Of a stretch of DNA of 64,000 nt, positions 1 to 10,699 are shown piece by piece. The translations under genes and the position numbers were made by a program. The notes beneath the pieces were generated by a model. The model had not been told where the DNA came from and ran no database searches. It was given only the letters and a program-made list of their open reading frames with translations. Each line of letters starts with the position of its first letter. Positions within the stretch are counted from its first letter, which is position 1. The stretch is from Penicillus capitatus. Lineage: Eukaryota; Plantae; Chlorophyta. Location of the stretch: NCBI GenBank assembly GCA_965649825.1, contig OZ287703.1:801722-865721 (forward strand), in the 5' to 3' direction.

Positions 1-1
1 C

Positions 2-919
2 GGCTGTTTCAATTCGCACTGTTTGCTGCTCCTCGTATTGACATTTGCCCAAACCCGATCGCCACCTCTCCTGCCCCCACTAAAAGATATCTTTCCTGGA
101 CTGAGGTCCGTTATCAAGCAATCCAAGACAGATGTTCAAGTGGATCTCGTAGAAGAGATCGCGCATTTTCAAGACAAGGTCAAAGAACTGACTGAAAAGA
201 AGTGGCCTGCGCAGAACAAGGAATCTATCTGCGAATTACTGATTGCGTTTTTCCTGCAGTTCTCACTCTTTGCGTCACACTGTTACCAAGTTCAGACATC
301 CCCCAAGCGCGACAATCAGATAACGGCTCGACCGACGAGCAGTTGCTGGAAGGGTGGATATGTTCTCTATCAGTGGGATCAGGAGACCACTTACAGATCG
401 CTGCTGTTTGTGGAGGATCCTTTCTGTGCCGAAGACAACTGTGCACGGACAGTGAAATGCGGTCCGTGTACCGAAATCCTGACGACGCTCAAAGAAACGG
501 CCTACTTTGCACAGGCCTTCTCTCTTTCACCCCCGCCTGCGCATTCCGATATGTGGCGAGAATTGTGGGCGCTGCTCTTTAGCAAGATTCGTCTGCGACA
601 GCTACCCAGATTTCATTGGCTTCACTGGCAGGCCTTGCAGTGGATGTACCATCGCCGAGATGCGACGCCTGTCTCTATTGTCTACCATTACCCATCCGCG
701 CCGTTTGTCTATTCAAACGGTCGACCCTGTGTGGTCACGGCCCCTCTCCATAGTTGTTTCGCGTCCTCCGATCGGTGTCCGACGGCATCGGATACCTGGA
801 TGGGTGGGGCACATTGTGCGAACGGCCAGAATCCTGTGCCAAGTGCCTTACTGGCCTCGACATCACAAAAAGATGCGCAGCCGCCGCCGGCGCCATCGAA
901 TTTTATGAGCAACAAATGA
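2..919 (+). CDS. Terminal nucleotidyltransferase (HESO1/Cid1-like TUTase), C-terminal part; 5' end lies outside the window
   Basis: Frame open from base 2. GCFNSHCLLLLVLTFAQTRSPPLLPPL, NKESICELLIAFFLQF and LFVEDPFCAEDNCARTV match the PAP-associated domain motifs of HESO1/Cid1 enzymes. Confidence 0.8.
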   Translation, partial: GCFNSHCLLLLVLTFAQTRSPPLLPPLKDIFPGLRSVIKQSKTDVQVDLVEEIAHFQDKVKELTEKKWPAQNKESICELLIAFFLQFSLFASHCYQVQTSPKRDNQITARPTSSCWKGGYVLYQWDQETTYRSLLFVEDPFCAEDNCARTVKCGPCTEILTTLKETAYFAQAFSLSPPPAHSDMWRELWALLFSKIRLRQLPRFHWLHWQALQWMYHRRDATPVSIVYHYPSAPFVYSNGRPCVVTAPLHSCFASSDRCPTASDTWMGGAHCANGQNPVPSALLASTSQKDAQPPPAPSNFMSNK

Positions 920-1623
920 TCATGTACATTATCTCCTTGGACTCGTAGAGGTTGACAGAAACGAGACGAATTTCATGTCAACTATCGATTCGCTCGTTTT
1001 GCGATGGTATCGTCCACAACATCTCTTTCTTTTAATCCCATGGAGTGAGTGATGTCTTTCTTTAAGACCCTCTTCGGCCGTCTGTCTGTTTTTGAAGAAT
1101 TCCGATCTGCATCTAGCTGTCCATCTTACATTCTTTGTTCGACATGAGTGGGTATATGTGTGTGAGTGTTGTGTTTAGACGGTAGCCTCATTTGTTATGT
1201 GGCCTGAGTGATGGCCTTTTGCCGAGGTGATCTTCGTCTTATTATCTATGTACGTTGTGTCTCCTCGGCTTTCTAATTCTTTACGAACCGGCACATGTAT
1301 GGCACCAATTTCTGCAACAGCAATGGGCGATCGCGGATAGAGATCACAGAGAAAGTGAGGAAATCTCTTCTTCCTTTCTCCTCTACTCTACATCTCAAAC
1401 CGAGAAGCATAGGAGGTCGCTTCATCGTGTCTCTCTTGTCATCGGAATGCATGTCGGGTTGAGACGTCTTAGGGACGTCGCGTGCGTTCGTGCACATTTC
1501 TCCGATCTTTCCTAGCAGATGTCAACATCTTTAAACGAATGCGCCCATTTCTGCATTCGCCCAACAACACACCTGTCCTCGTTGCCTTCTCGCACACGTC
1601 GAAGCTGCGCTGCCGTCAGCAAA

Positions 1624-2860
1624 ATGGAAGAAGATGAGCCGCAAATAGTGGACTTTATGTCTATAACGGGCGCCGATGCCGACGTTGCCAAGCACTACTT
1701 GGAAGCCTGCAACCGGGATATGAGCACCGCCATTAACGCATACCTGGAGAATACTGCCCAGAGTCATCTACACGCACCTACCGTCTCGTCCAGGCACGCC
1801 TTGCCTTCGTCTCCGGATCCCATACGACGCTCTCACAGAGTCGAAGCGCATCCTCTGTCCGATAGCGGCGACATCTTTGAAGACCCCAGTGGTGTGGACG
1901 ATGCTGCACTGGGATCCGGCGAAGCGGGAGAGAACGCCGTAGGAATGGACGAAGCGACGTCGCCCGCTGCGTCGCTCGGAGGCGACAGCAACGACAGTTT
2001 TCACACACCGACGCATCTTTCCTCCTCGCCACAGGCGAATGCTGAATCTTCCTTCGTTGGCGCACGTAGGACGAGCATTGACGTCGGATGTCATGTCTCA
2101 TCGGCACTGTCTGTGTAGAAGGGAGCCAACAGAGACGAGATTTGCCCGAAGACTTTCCTGAAGGCTTCGACCGCAGTGACCTCCACGAAGCGCAGATGTT
2201 GGAAGCGGCTCTGCTCGGTGTCCCTTTCCAAGGAGATCTCGCGCAAATGATGCCAGCACATGAACCCGTGGCGGTTCGTCCGCCATCTCCAGCCACACTA
2301 GCGGCTCGTGCTCTGCGCGAACAACAGGACTTTGAGTATCAGGAATCGGAGAGACAGGATCGGGAGAAACGTGAAGCAGAGATGGCAGAGGAACGTCAGC
2401 AACGCGAAGCAGAGGTGGTGGCGGCACAGCAGAGACAACAGGAGGCCGATGCCATGTCCCGTCTCCTTGACAGAAAACGCAGTTCTTTGCCTGAGGAGCC
2501 AGCAGAAGACGATCCCGATGCCCTTGTCGTGCTCGTGCGTCTTCCTGACGGCGCTCGTTGCCAACGGCGTTTTAGACGAACAGATTCCGTCGTTTTCCTA
2601 TTTGATTTTGTGGACGTCGATGCGAATAGAGAAGTATGAGCGCCTGCCTCTTCCTGAATCAATGTCACACTTCTCACTCAAATGTTGTGTCCTCATAGAG
2701 TGCCGATCGCGAAGAGGGTGCCCAGCATTGGTGGACATTAGAAGGCTACGATCTCATGACTCCCTTTCCGAGACGTCGCATCAGTAATAATCAGGAGCTC
2801 AGTTTCGAAGCCGCTGGATTGAATAATAAGCGAGAAACTTTGTTTGTAGAAATGAAGTAA
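1624..2860 (+). CDS. UBX-domain p97/Cdc48 adaptor (PUX-like), multi-exon
   Basis: N-terminal UBA-like IVDFMSITGADADVAKHYLEACNRDMSTAINAY, EAQMLEAALLG motif, coiled coil, then UBX LPEEP..VRLPDGARCQRRF..TPFPRR..SFEAAGL. Introns near 2070-2118 and 2634-2697. Confidence 0.85.
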
Positions 2861-2913
2861 GGCGTATTATATCACTTCTGCATGAATAGAACATTAAGAG
2901 TGTTCATGTTTTC

Positions 2914-3666
2914 TCACTCTTTGCTTGTCAACACCATCAATGCCAGAATGCCGATGAGAAGGTACTTGGCATAAGGATAATCGTTCATGATAATGGTAAA
3001 CATGCCCAAGTACGGAAAGAACCTGAAAATCGGCACATAGCTTCTCGGCAGCTTCGGCGATCATGCTTACCCGATGGCACGGCCCATGATGTGCTCATTC
3101 TTCAGCCAGTCCTGTCCCGGAGCGTAGAGAGAACGATCGTGTCCAAAGTTGTTGTCTCCCTATAGCTTCGTCCATAAGAGTAAGAGATCGGAGAGGTGGT
3201 AGGTCAGCGGCAGACTTTGGTCAGCAACTTCATTTCTGGGACCGATTGCGACACGCGTTCTTCGTGGACTTTAATTGCCCGATGAACGATCGGAATATCC
3301 CGATGATCTACTCGGAACACAACGATCTCGCCGGTGCGAATGGGAGCGGAGCCCATGTGAAGGAACAGAATATCTCCCCTCTGGAATCCTGTAGCATTAT
3401 GTTTGTCTCAGGGGAGATAGATGCCTTCGGGGTGAATGCCTGGTTCCATGCTGCCGCTCAATACGACGACAATGGGCGATTCGCTGCCCGTCACGAGCAT
3501 CAATGTCTTCCAAATGATGAGCGCCGCCGTCGCAATGAGTCCTATGGAGGACGTCGTCTCTGCCGTCGACGTCGTGCTGAAACGAACCGAGATTGGCACT
3601 CTGGTGGAGGAACTGACGCACGTCCATGTTTCGTAGCGTCTTGATAACATCCTTGACAAACTCCAT
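2914..3666 (-). CDS. SEC11: Signal peptidase complex catalytic subunit, multi-exon
   Basis: [46 protein letters not shown] and [14 protein letters not shown] across short introns. Confidence 0.93.
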
Positions 3667-3882
3667 TGCGCCAGCGGAGGGATTAGACGTCACGTCAACA
3701 ACGGGCTCGTGTCGCGATCTGTCCTGCGATGTTCGCGAAGACCTCTCGTTCGTGTTCGATGCGTCGCGCGACGAAAGCTCGTTGCGCTGGGACGATCTGC
3801 CGTTCAAGGCGTCTCCGTCCAGACAACCGACGAAAGCACCGACTAGTGACAGTAGGACAGGAACGCAAAATGAAGGCGAGAG

Positions 3883-4981
3883 ATGTTGGATGGTGTGTTA
3901 GACTGGCTACGCACACAGGAAGCGCCATGGTAAAGGACGGCGAGATCTCAAGCCATTGCGTGCCGTCGAGAGCACGCCGCCCGAGTTTCCAGTCGTGATA
4001 CCTGTTGTCAGAGACGTGCTCAGATGTCCCTGTAGGATCTGCCACTCTTCAAGCAACTGGCGACGGATTTGGCGAGTCTCGATAAGGCGTTGGTGAGAAT
4101 CCATGCCTCACGACAAACGGCGACGGGTAAAGTGGATGAGTGAGAATTGCTGCTGTATTATGGCCGAGATGATAAGGGGCGCCGCAGGTCGCTGCTCACG
4201 ACATTGATCGAGGAAGTGCAGCGCGAACAGGAGGCGTGGTTTAAACAAGTGCAGGTGATGGAACGACTGATGGAACAAGCAGGTAAGGAAGGGAGGCGAT
4301 TGTGCACCTCCGACTGTGGCGCGGCGATGTAGCAACACTGGAATCGAGCAAAACGGAATTGGACGCCATGCGTCAGCAGTACGATGAGATGCGCCGCAAA
4401 GTGTGTGGATGATCGTGTTCTCCGGAAAAGTGTGACCGAGTGAGGCACCATGTGATGTGACAGGTGGATTTGTACAACGGACTCTTGGAGGAGAGGGAAC
4501 GCGAAGTGGATTCACTGAAGCAGCAATTGGAGGATGTTAACACCGCGGCTGAGTTAAAAGAACGCAAGAACGCTGCATTGAAGGAGCTCGTTGTTGCCGG
4601 TGAGAAAGTGTGAGATGAAAGAGTGAGATCGAATGATCCGACGTCCTTTTCATTGCAGGCGCCTCGACGACGCAGGAAGAGATGGGACTGCCAACGTGGT
4701 CGCCCTCCGAGGTCTCAACCTTCTTCATTAAAGATGAAGACGATACAACAGGCGACAAGCAAAGCGAAACGCAGACCGCCATTGTCGCGTCACATCGTCC
4801 GACAAGACCATTGAAGAAAGTGGAGACGCCAGGACTGGTCTTCGTGTCGATCTTCATGGCCTTCACGCGCTTAACAGGCGGCGCATGGAACTCGACCACC
4901 CGTTATCTGCCCAAAGAGCTTAAAGCACTGGTGCGTGTGACGCGTAAGGGATGGGCTAAGAGATATCGTGTGGATGTATAG
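3883..4981 (+). CDS. Uncharacterised coiled-coil protein with several short introns; boundaries uncertain
   Basis: Spliceable exons give DLPLFKQLATDLASLDKAL...LIEEVQREQEAWFKQVQVMERLMEQ and a C-terminal hydrophobic stretch PGLVFVSIFMAF. Confidence 0.4.
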
Positions 4982-5325
4982 GCCGAAGTGGTAGGACTGG
5001 CGGCGATTCTGATCACGGCAGCCGCTGTGGCATCGAGCGGTTTTCTGTGAAAGCCAAGCGTGAGAAACGGCGATCTGCCTGGCGCGAACAAAATGATGTG
5101 CATACAGAATCCCATGCATTCTCATTAGTACTCCTGTCCCGTACGTACGATCGATCTCGCACGAACGCACGCGCCAAATCCATCATCAGCGTGTTCGGCA
5201 CGCGAACAAACGTACTCGATGTGTTCTTCACGCGCAGGAGTTAGATACTCTATAAAAAGGCGTGCGCGTCCGCATCCGCATCGCCATTTTGAATTTGACT
5301 TGCTCAGTCAGGCTTCAGTTGCGAT

Positions 5326-6038
5326 ATGAACAAAAGTTCTCACTGGAGTCTGTTGCCTTTTGACGGAGACTGCGCTGCCAGTCAAGAATCAGATGTTGTG
5401 CTGCGCTTCGACGACAATACCATGCTCAAAACGCATCGTCTCTTTCTCTCCCGAGCATCTCCACTGCTGCGCGACATTCTGGACTGTCGCGAAAGCGACG
5501 AGATACATCTGGGTCAGACCGATGCTTTGCCATGGCGCATCATCCTCAATCTTCTCTTCCCACTTTATCCCATACGCGACTGTGAACTGATCCGAAACAG
5601 TTCGCTGGTAAGTACGAGTCCGTGTTGAACACGCCGATGACAACGTTGGTGCAGGACACTGTGTTGCGCGAGGCGAACAAGTATAATATCAAGTGTGTGA
5701 TGGACCGTATCGAAAACGCCATAGTGCAGTCCTTGATGCACCAAGCGCAGGAGCGCAGCAAATCTGGACTGCTTGCGGCAATGTTCTTGCGCGATGAGAA
5801 ACATCTGATGATCGTCGCTGGTCGTTACCAGTTGAAAAAAGCAAAGGCGGCGACGATTCGAATTTTGGGCCGTATTCTCGGCAACGCCGTCAAGCTGGAT
5901 GCCCTGCAGATGAAGCAAGGAAAATGGCTTTGTCTCCACGGCGTCGAATTTCGTATCGATGACCTTCGTCGACAGGGATACGAAGATGTCTTTGCCTTCC
6001 TTGAATCTGCCCACGCAGCCATCTCCCGTCGTTCCTAA
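5326..6038 (+). CDS. BTB/POZ-domain protein, 2 exons
   Basis: SDVVLRFDDNTMLKTHRLFLSRASPLLRDIL...EANKYNIKCVMDRIE is a BTB-fold signature. Intron starts gtaagt near 5608. Confidence 0.8.
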
Positions 6039-6233
6039 CAATAGACCAAACGACGCCCTCCAAGCGACTGTTCTTTTGAACGTCGAATACGTTTTCTTTT
6101 AACAAAAATTGAACAGCAGTGCGCACTGAATTTCGAGGTTGTCAAATGGAAAGAGACATAGCATTGTTATCTAGAACGTTCATGTTGTCACATCTCATTT
6201 TCCGCGTCATTGTACGACGAAGCGACGGGTTCC

Positions 6234-6452
6234 ATGCGTTCAGGCCAGAAGAAGGTCTCGGCTTCTGAACGGTTTATCAAGGCTTTTGGACAAAGCTCAG
6301 CCGATTGCCGTCGCGAGTCTTTGGCGTACGGTCGTTGTGTGTGGTCGCTGGTAAACGACGTCGAAAAAAACAGCTGCGAAAAGGAATTCCGAGCACTGAG
6401 AGCGTGTTTCCGAACAGCGTTGAAGAAAAAACTGGCGGAAACGCGTTCCTGA
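6234..6452 (+). CDS. NDUFAF8: Twin-CX9C mitochondrial complex I assembly factor, NDUFAF8-like
   Basis: ADCRRESLAYGRCV...KNSCEKEFRALRACF has CX9C-CX9C spacing and the AYGRCV / C.KEF.AL..CF motifs. Confidence 0.75.
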   Translation: MRSGQKKVSASERFIKAFGQSSADCRRESLAYGRCVWSLVNDVEKNSCEKEFRALRACFRTALKKKLAETRS

Positions 6453-8618
6453 TGGCGACACCGAACAACACCTTTCAACCGGTGACGCAGTTCTGGAAGG
6501 AGTTTGACCTCGAAGCCCGACGACCACAATATGACGCGCATGGAATGAAGATCATGGAGAACCAGGAGCAGTCCGTGAAGAGACGCCGACAGTTGGCAGA
6601 ATCGACGCAGAGTTTTCGACGCAGTGCCGAATCGAATGTGGTATCGTCGGTCGGCGAGTTGCTGAAGCAATATCAACAGGAGATCGATCGGTTCGAACCC
6701 TTTTCATGTGTGACCTGTCACATCATCCGACGGTTGTGTAGTTTGACGATAAGAGCGAAGTATGGAGAACGTGCGTTCTTGGATGTTTACCATGCGTTGT
6801 ACGAGGCACCAGATCCAGCCGCTGCATTGCAGACGGCAACGGAAATGGTGTCGCGTGTGGCGGAATTGGAGACGGAGATACGGCGTCAAGCTCAGGAACT
6901 CGCCGAGTATTCGGCCGAAAGTGAAGAGATCCGTAATCAAGATGCGATTCTTCGACGACTGGAAGACAAGATCCGAAGCTTGGAGACAGAATTGCTGGCT
7001 AAAGATACGGCACGGGGTGTGATGCGCAAGGTTTCTCCTGGAGACGGCGACGCGAAATGACACGGCTCTGTGGATTAGGAGATCGGAGAGGAACTGGAAG
7101 AAGAGACGAAAGCGCGGGAGGCCGTGATGCAGAGATCGGTGGATGAAGCCAACGGGAAGCTGGAGGCAATGCGGAAACTCCATCAATCGTCGCAAGATCA
7201 ACTCCTCCTCATGCAGGCAACGGATCTCGATCTACGATCGCGCACCATGAGATTGTGATGTGCAGTCTAAAAACGAAGAAATGAAGGCAAGATACACTGC
7301 CGAGCTAGAAATGGCGGCGGCCGAAGTCGAGAAGTCGCACAACAAAGTACTAGAATTGGAGAATGCGAAAGAGAAAACGGTATCCAGTCCGAGGCCATCG
7401 ACCACAGATCCTGGTGAGGTCGCAGGTCGTGCACGTGATGTTGGATGATTATGGTGTGCAGAAAAGGAGAGGCTGGTTCGAGAGCTGCAGTCCTGTGTGG
7501 AAGCGCAACAGCAGACGATGTCAGCGCTGAGGGAGGAACTGGAATCGCTGAGAGAAAAGCACGCGGTCTTTGTCTCTGACGCCTCCACTGCTGCCGATTC
7601 GCTCAGAGCCACACTGAGAGAGAAAGATGCTCTCGTGCATTCTTTGGAGGAAGAATTGAACAAGCGCCCAACGGCAGAGACGATGGAGGCATTGGAAGCA
7701 CAGCTCAGGATCTTCCAGACGGTGGAGTACAATGCCGACGTCGACAATGGCGAAAGTGCACCTGCCGCCGATTCCGTCGAGAATCTGCTGATCAAGAAGA
7801 ACAAACACCTGGAGCATCAACTCACCCTCGAAAAACTGAAACAGGTGGCCGTTCGTTGAGGGACGGCTGGGTTATCATGTGTACGATGTGACGTTTAGGA
7901 GGATCTGCAGCAGCAGCTGTCGAATCACCAGGCTCTGCTGTCCAGATCGCAGCATCAGCTGGAGGCACAGCGCGACTTGGTGGCACGGCTGGAAGAGGAT
8001 CTGGTCACGGTGCAGAACACCACCACCGCTGCCGTCAAGCCCACCTCCAGCGCGTCCGATCTGGACGAGGTTGCCGCGGAGGGCAGTGGAGATTCCAGTG
8101 TCGTCGCCGTTCTCCGCAATCAGCGGGATCGCTTCCGCAAGCGGACCCAGGAACTCGAGGCAAAGCTCAACGATGCCGAAAAGAGGAACCGCCAGCTCAA
8201 GGCAGAGGCAGAGACGGCGGCGGCGGACAACGTGTCCCTCGTCGAGCGACTGCACTACCTGCAGGGCTACAAGAAAGACAGAGCAGCGTCCAAGATCGAC
8301 GTCGAAAGCGGACTGGCCGCCGAGCAGAAGTACAGCAAGGCGTACGAAGACCGCATGAATCCCTTCCAAGAGTTCCGCGGACGGCAGCGGGAGCGTCGCC
8401 GCAAGGAGCTCAACCTGGTCGATCGCACGGTTCTCATCGTCGGCGATCTGGTCTTCGGTTACAAATACGCGCGTCTCTTTCTCTGTCTCTACATCATGAT
8501 ACTGCACGTGCTGGTCATGACGATGCTGGGGTCCATGTCGGATCGACACCATCGGCAGACGGTGGACGGCGTCGAGCAGTTCTGTCTGGAGCACGGATTC
8601 CTACCGAAGCTGCCCTAG
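6452..8618 (+). CDS. CASP: Golgin CASP (CUX1 alternative product/Coy1 family), multi-exon
   Basis: N-term VTQFWKEFDLE..ENQEQSVKRRRQLAEST, long coiled coil, NQRDRFRKR, YEDRMNPFQEF and C-terminal TM YARLFLCLYIMILHVLV. Confidence 0.92.
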
Positions 8619-9543
8619 GACGCCGCACGCGGCGCCTTCGTGATGTTCCACCGACGACGTAGAGACACGAGGGACTCCTGCATCAGAAGCGTGAATGGAG
8701 CGAGACGCGTTGATGTGACACTTCGAAGTGATGTTCGTAGTAGATGGACATGAGATCGGTGGCATTGAATCCGGTTCTCACGGCCCAGGGCAACATCCGT
8801 GTAAAGAACCACGCTCTCTGCCGTTCTTTGATCACCAGAGGGGACAGCAGAGCCGCGAAGATGGCGTTTGGAAGTCCCGTCTGCACATCGCGCTATTCTC
8901 GCGCCTTGCGTCTTTCGATCGCGCACCTGAATGCCTTCGACAGTCTTGACGGCGACCTCGCCGGACATGTCGGTCGGGCAGCCCAGAAGAACGTGCCACA
9001 GGTCGTGCACCTGACGATAGCTGCACAGCGATGTCGCGCGCCTCGTCTGAAAAGGGGAGAGGACCGCGCGGCGACGTAGGCGATCTCCGGGTCGTCGATG
9101 AATCGCACGGGAGGGCGTTCGTCTGGACGCAAACGTCGCCGGTCCATGAACTCGGCATAGGCAGCGCCAAAGCTCTCGGCCTCCATGCCTCGACACCTTT
9201 CCAGTGTTGCGCGCTGCAGCATTGCCGAACAGACAGTTGTGGCGGGCAGGCATCGGGGAACAGACAGACCGTGATCTGCGGCTTCTCTTCCAGGATCCGC
9301 CGCGCCCTCTGGCTGTTTTGCATGGACGAGTGGATCTGACGGAATGCCGCTTCGCCCAGCGTCTCGTTGCTCGCCGCGACGAGGTCGGCACGGTAAGGAC
9401 TAAGCGAAGATCGAACACGTGGCCGCTCCGCTTCGCGTGAGATGGCGATACTTGAGGGCCGAGCCGACGCCGGACCCGACGGCGACGAGAACCTTCTGCC
9501 ACGGCCGAAGGGGACAGTGCGTCAGGTAACGCGATTTCGACAT
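8615..9543 (-). CDS. COQ4: Ubiquinone biosynthesis protein COQ4, copy 1
   Basis: [76 protein letters not shown] and [11 protein letters not shown]. Confidence 0.93.
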
Positions 9544-9550
9544 CCTTTCG

Positions 9551-10024
9551 TTAAAACGCGTCGTTGACGTCTTTCCCACAAAACAGCCGGGAAGACTCCT
9601 TCACCGGCCGCGCAGAGACGGCGACGTCACGTCGCTTCAGATTCTCCCGAATCAACGAGGCGTAAGACGAGGCGATGGCGCGGTACAGCCTTTCCTCGGC
9701 GCTCCTCGCCCGCACGGACAGATCTCGCAGGAGAATCTGCGCGTGAGCAGCCACCTGAGATTCTCACTCTTGACGCCAGTGCGTCGATGGGACGTTTGTT
9801 GACGCACCTGATGACACCAATGATTCCCGAGAGCTTCGGTTTCCCACAGAGAGCTCTCGACCGCTCGACTGAGACTCGGATCCGTGGCGTCTGGGTCGTA
9901 GATGTCGTAAGTAACGACGCCATTCTGTGAGCGAGGCCCGAATGGACGGACGCGATGAGCGGTCAAGCAGGACATTGCATGAGGGGTGGCGTCGCACGAG
10001 GTTGTGCATGAAAGTGATGCACAC
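9551..10024 (-). pseudogene. NOC4: 5'-truncated NOC4 fragment in repeat copy 1
   Basis: Only the last exons are present (DPSLSRAVESSLWETEAL). Cut at 10024, with a 4-bp insertion near 9905 relative to the intact copy. Confidence 0.85.
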
Positions 10025-10151
10025 TGCTATGTTATTTTGATAGATGATGCGACTGTGGCCTTAAGAGCATGAAAACATTAGAGCATTTGCCATTGTAACG
10101 AACTTTCTCAGTTTGTTTGTCTCGGTCCTCACATTGCATGGTTTCGGAGCG
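10025..10151 (+). mobile_element. Short LTR (TG..CA, 10025-10138) followed by a primer-binding site TGGTTTCGGAGCG (10139-10151)
   Basis: tgctatg...cattgca termini and an internal tgtaa. The same 13-mer PBS follows the TRIM 5' LTR at 36492. Confidence 0.6.
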
Positions 10152-10299
10152 TCAAGCTCCTCCGTTACAGTTCTCTCTGTTTCGTGCGTGCGGTTTGACG
10201 CTTTGTGCGTTTTCGCGTCGTTCGCTTCGTGCTTTCGACGAGACCTGTTTTGGGCCCACCAATTGAAAGAATTTTTACTAACCATTGTACTCGACAAGA

Positions 10300-10603
10300 T
10301 GAACAGACGATTTCAAGGAAGAAGATATGATGGTCATACACAAAGAGTGGAAACTCGAACGTATGCAGTGGTTGAGACATGCGTTTCAATTCTGAGATAC
10401 GAAGTCGCTGAAGTGGTCGGCTCACAGCTATATGGCTGCATTGTGCAATGCGTTGACAATTGTGATATCCAGTTTTCTTTGCTGCCTGTGTCCGTCTTCG
10501 ATGAAATCCAAGACACCATAAGCGATATGAAAAGAACAGTCGATAAGCTCACATAGGACGTTAAAGCAGCACGAGGATCAGTGAATCACGAAGATGTGGA
10601 GAT
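10300..10603 (+). mobile_element. Truncated gag-like ORF fragment
   Basis: ILRYEVAEVVGSQLYG...DIQFSLLPVS..DEIQDTI.DMKRTVDKLT is nearly identical to the 31254-32006 ORF and lies downstream of LTR+PBS. Confidence 0.6.
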
Positions 10604-10699
10604 AATAATAAAATTGGTCTTTCTTACAACCCCTTTTTAAGTTAAACATCAGAGGCGCGACTATTCGGTACAAGACCAACTATTAGCAAGGCACAAGGC

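Larger units (their letters stand above)
7405..10024. repeat. 2.6-kb direct repeat, copy 1 (CASP 3' half, COQ4, NOC4 3' end)
   Basis: Aligns base by base with 21820-24435, with roughly 30 substitutions and one 4-bp indel. Confidence 0.97.

Noticed and set aside
4140-4190. Apparent in-frame TGA (KVDE*ELLL) suggesting readthrough or recoding
   Set aside because: A gtgaga...cgcag intron removes it and keeps the frame (KVDE-SLLTTL).
6305-6451. N-terminal extension of CASP from TTG 6305
   Set aside because: No ATG, overlaps the NDUFAF8 ORF in another frame, and CASP homology begins just after ATG 6452.
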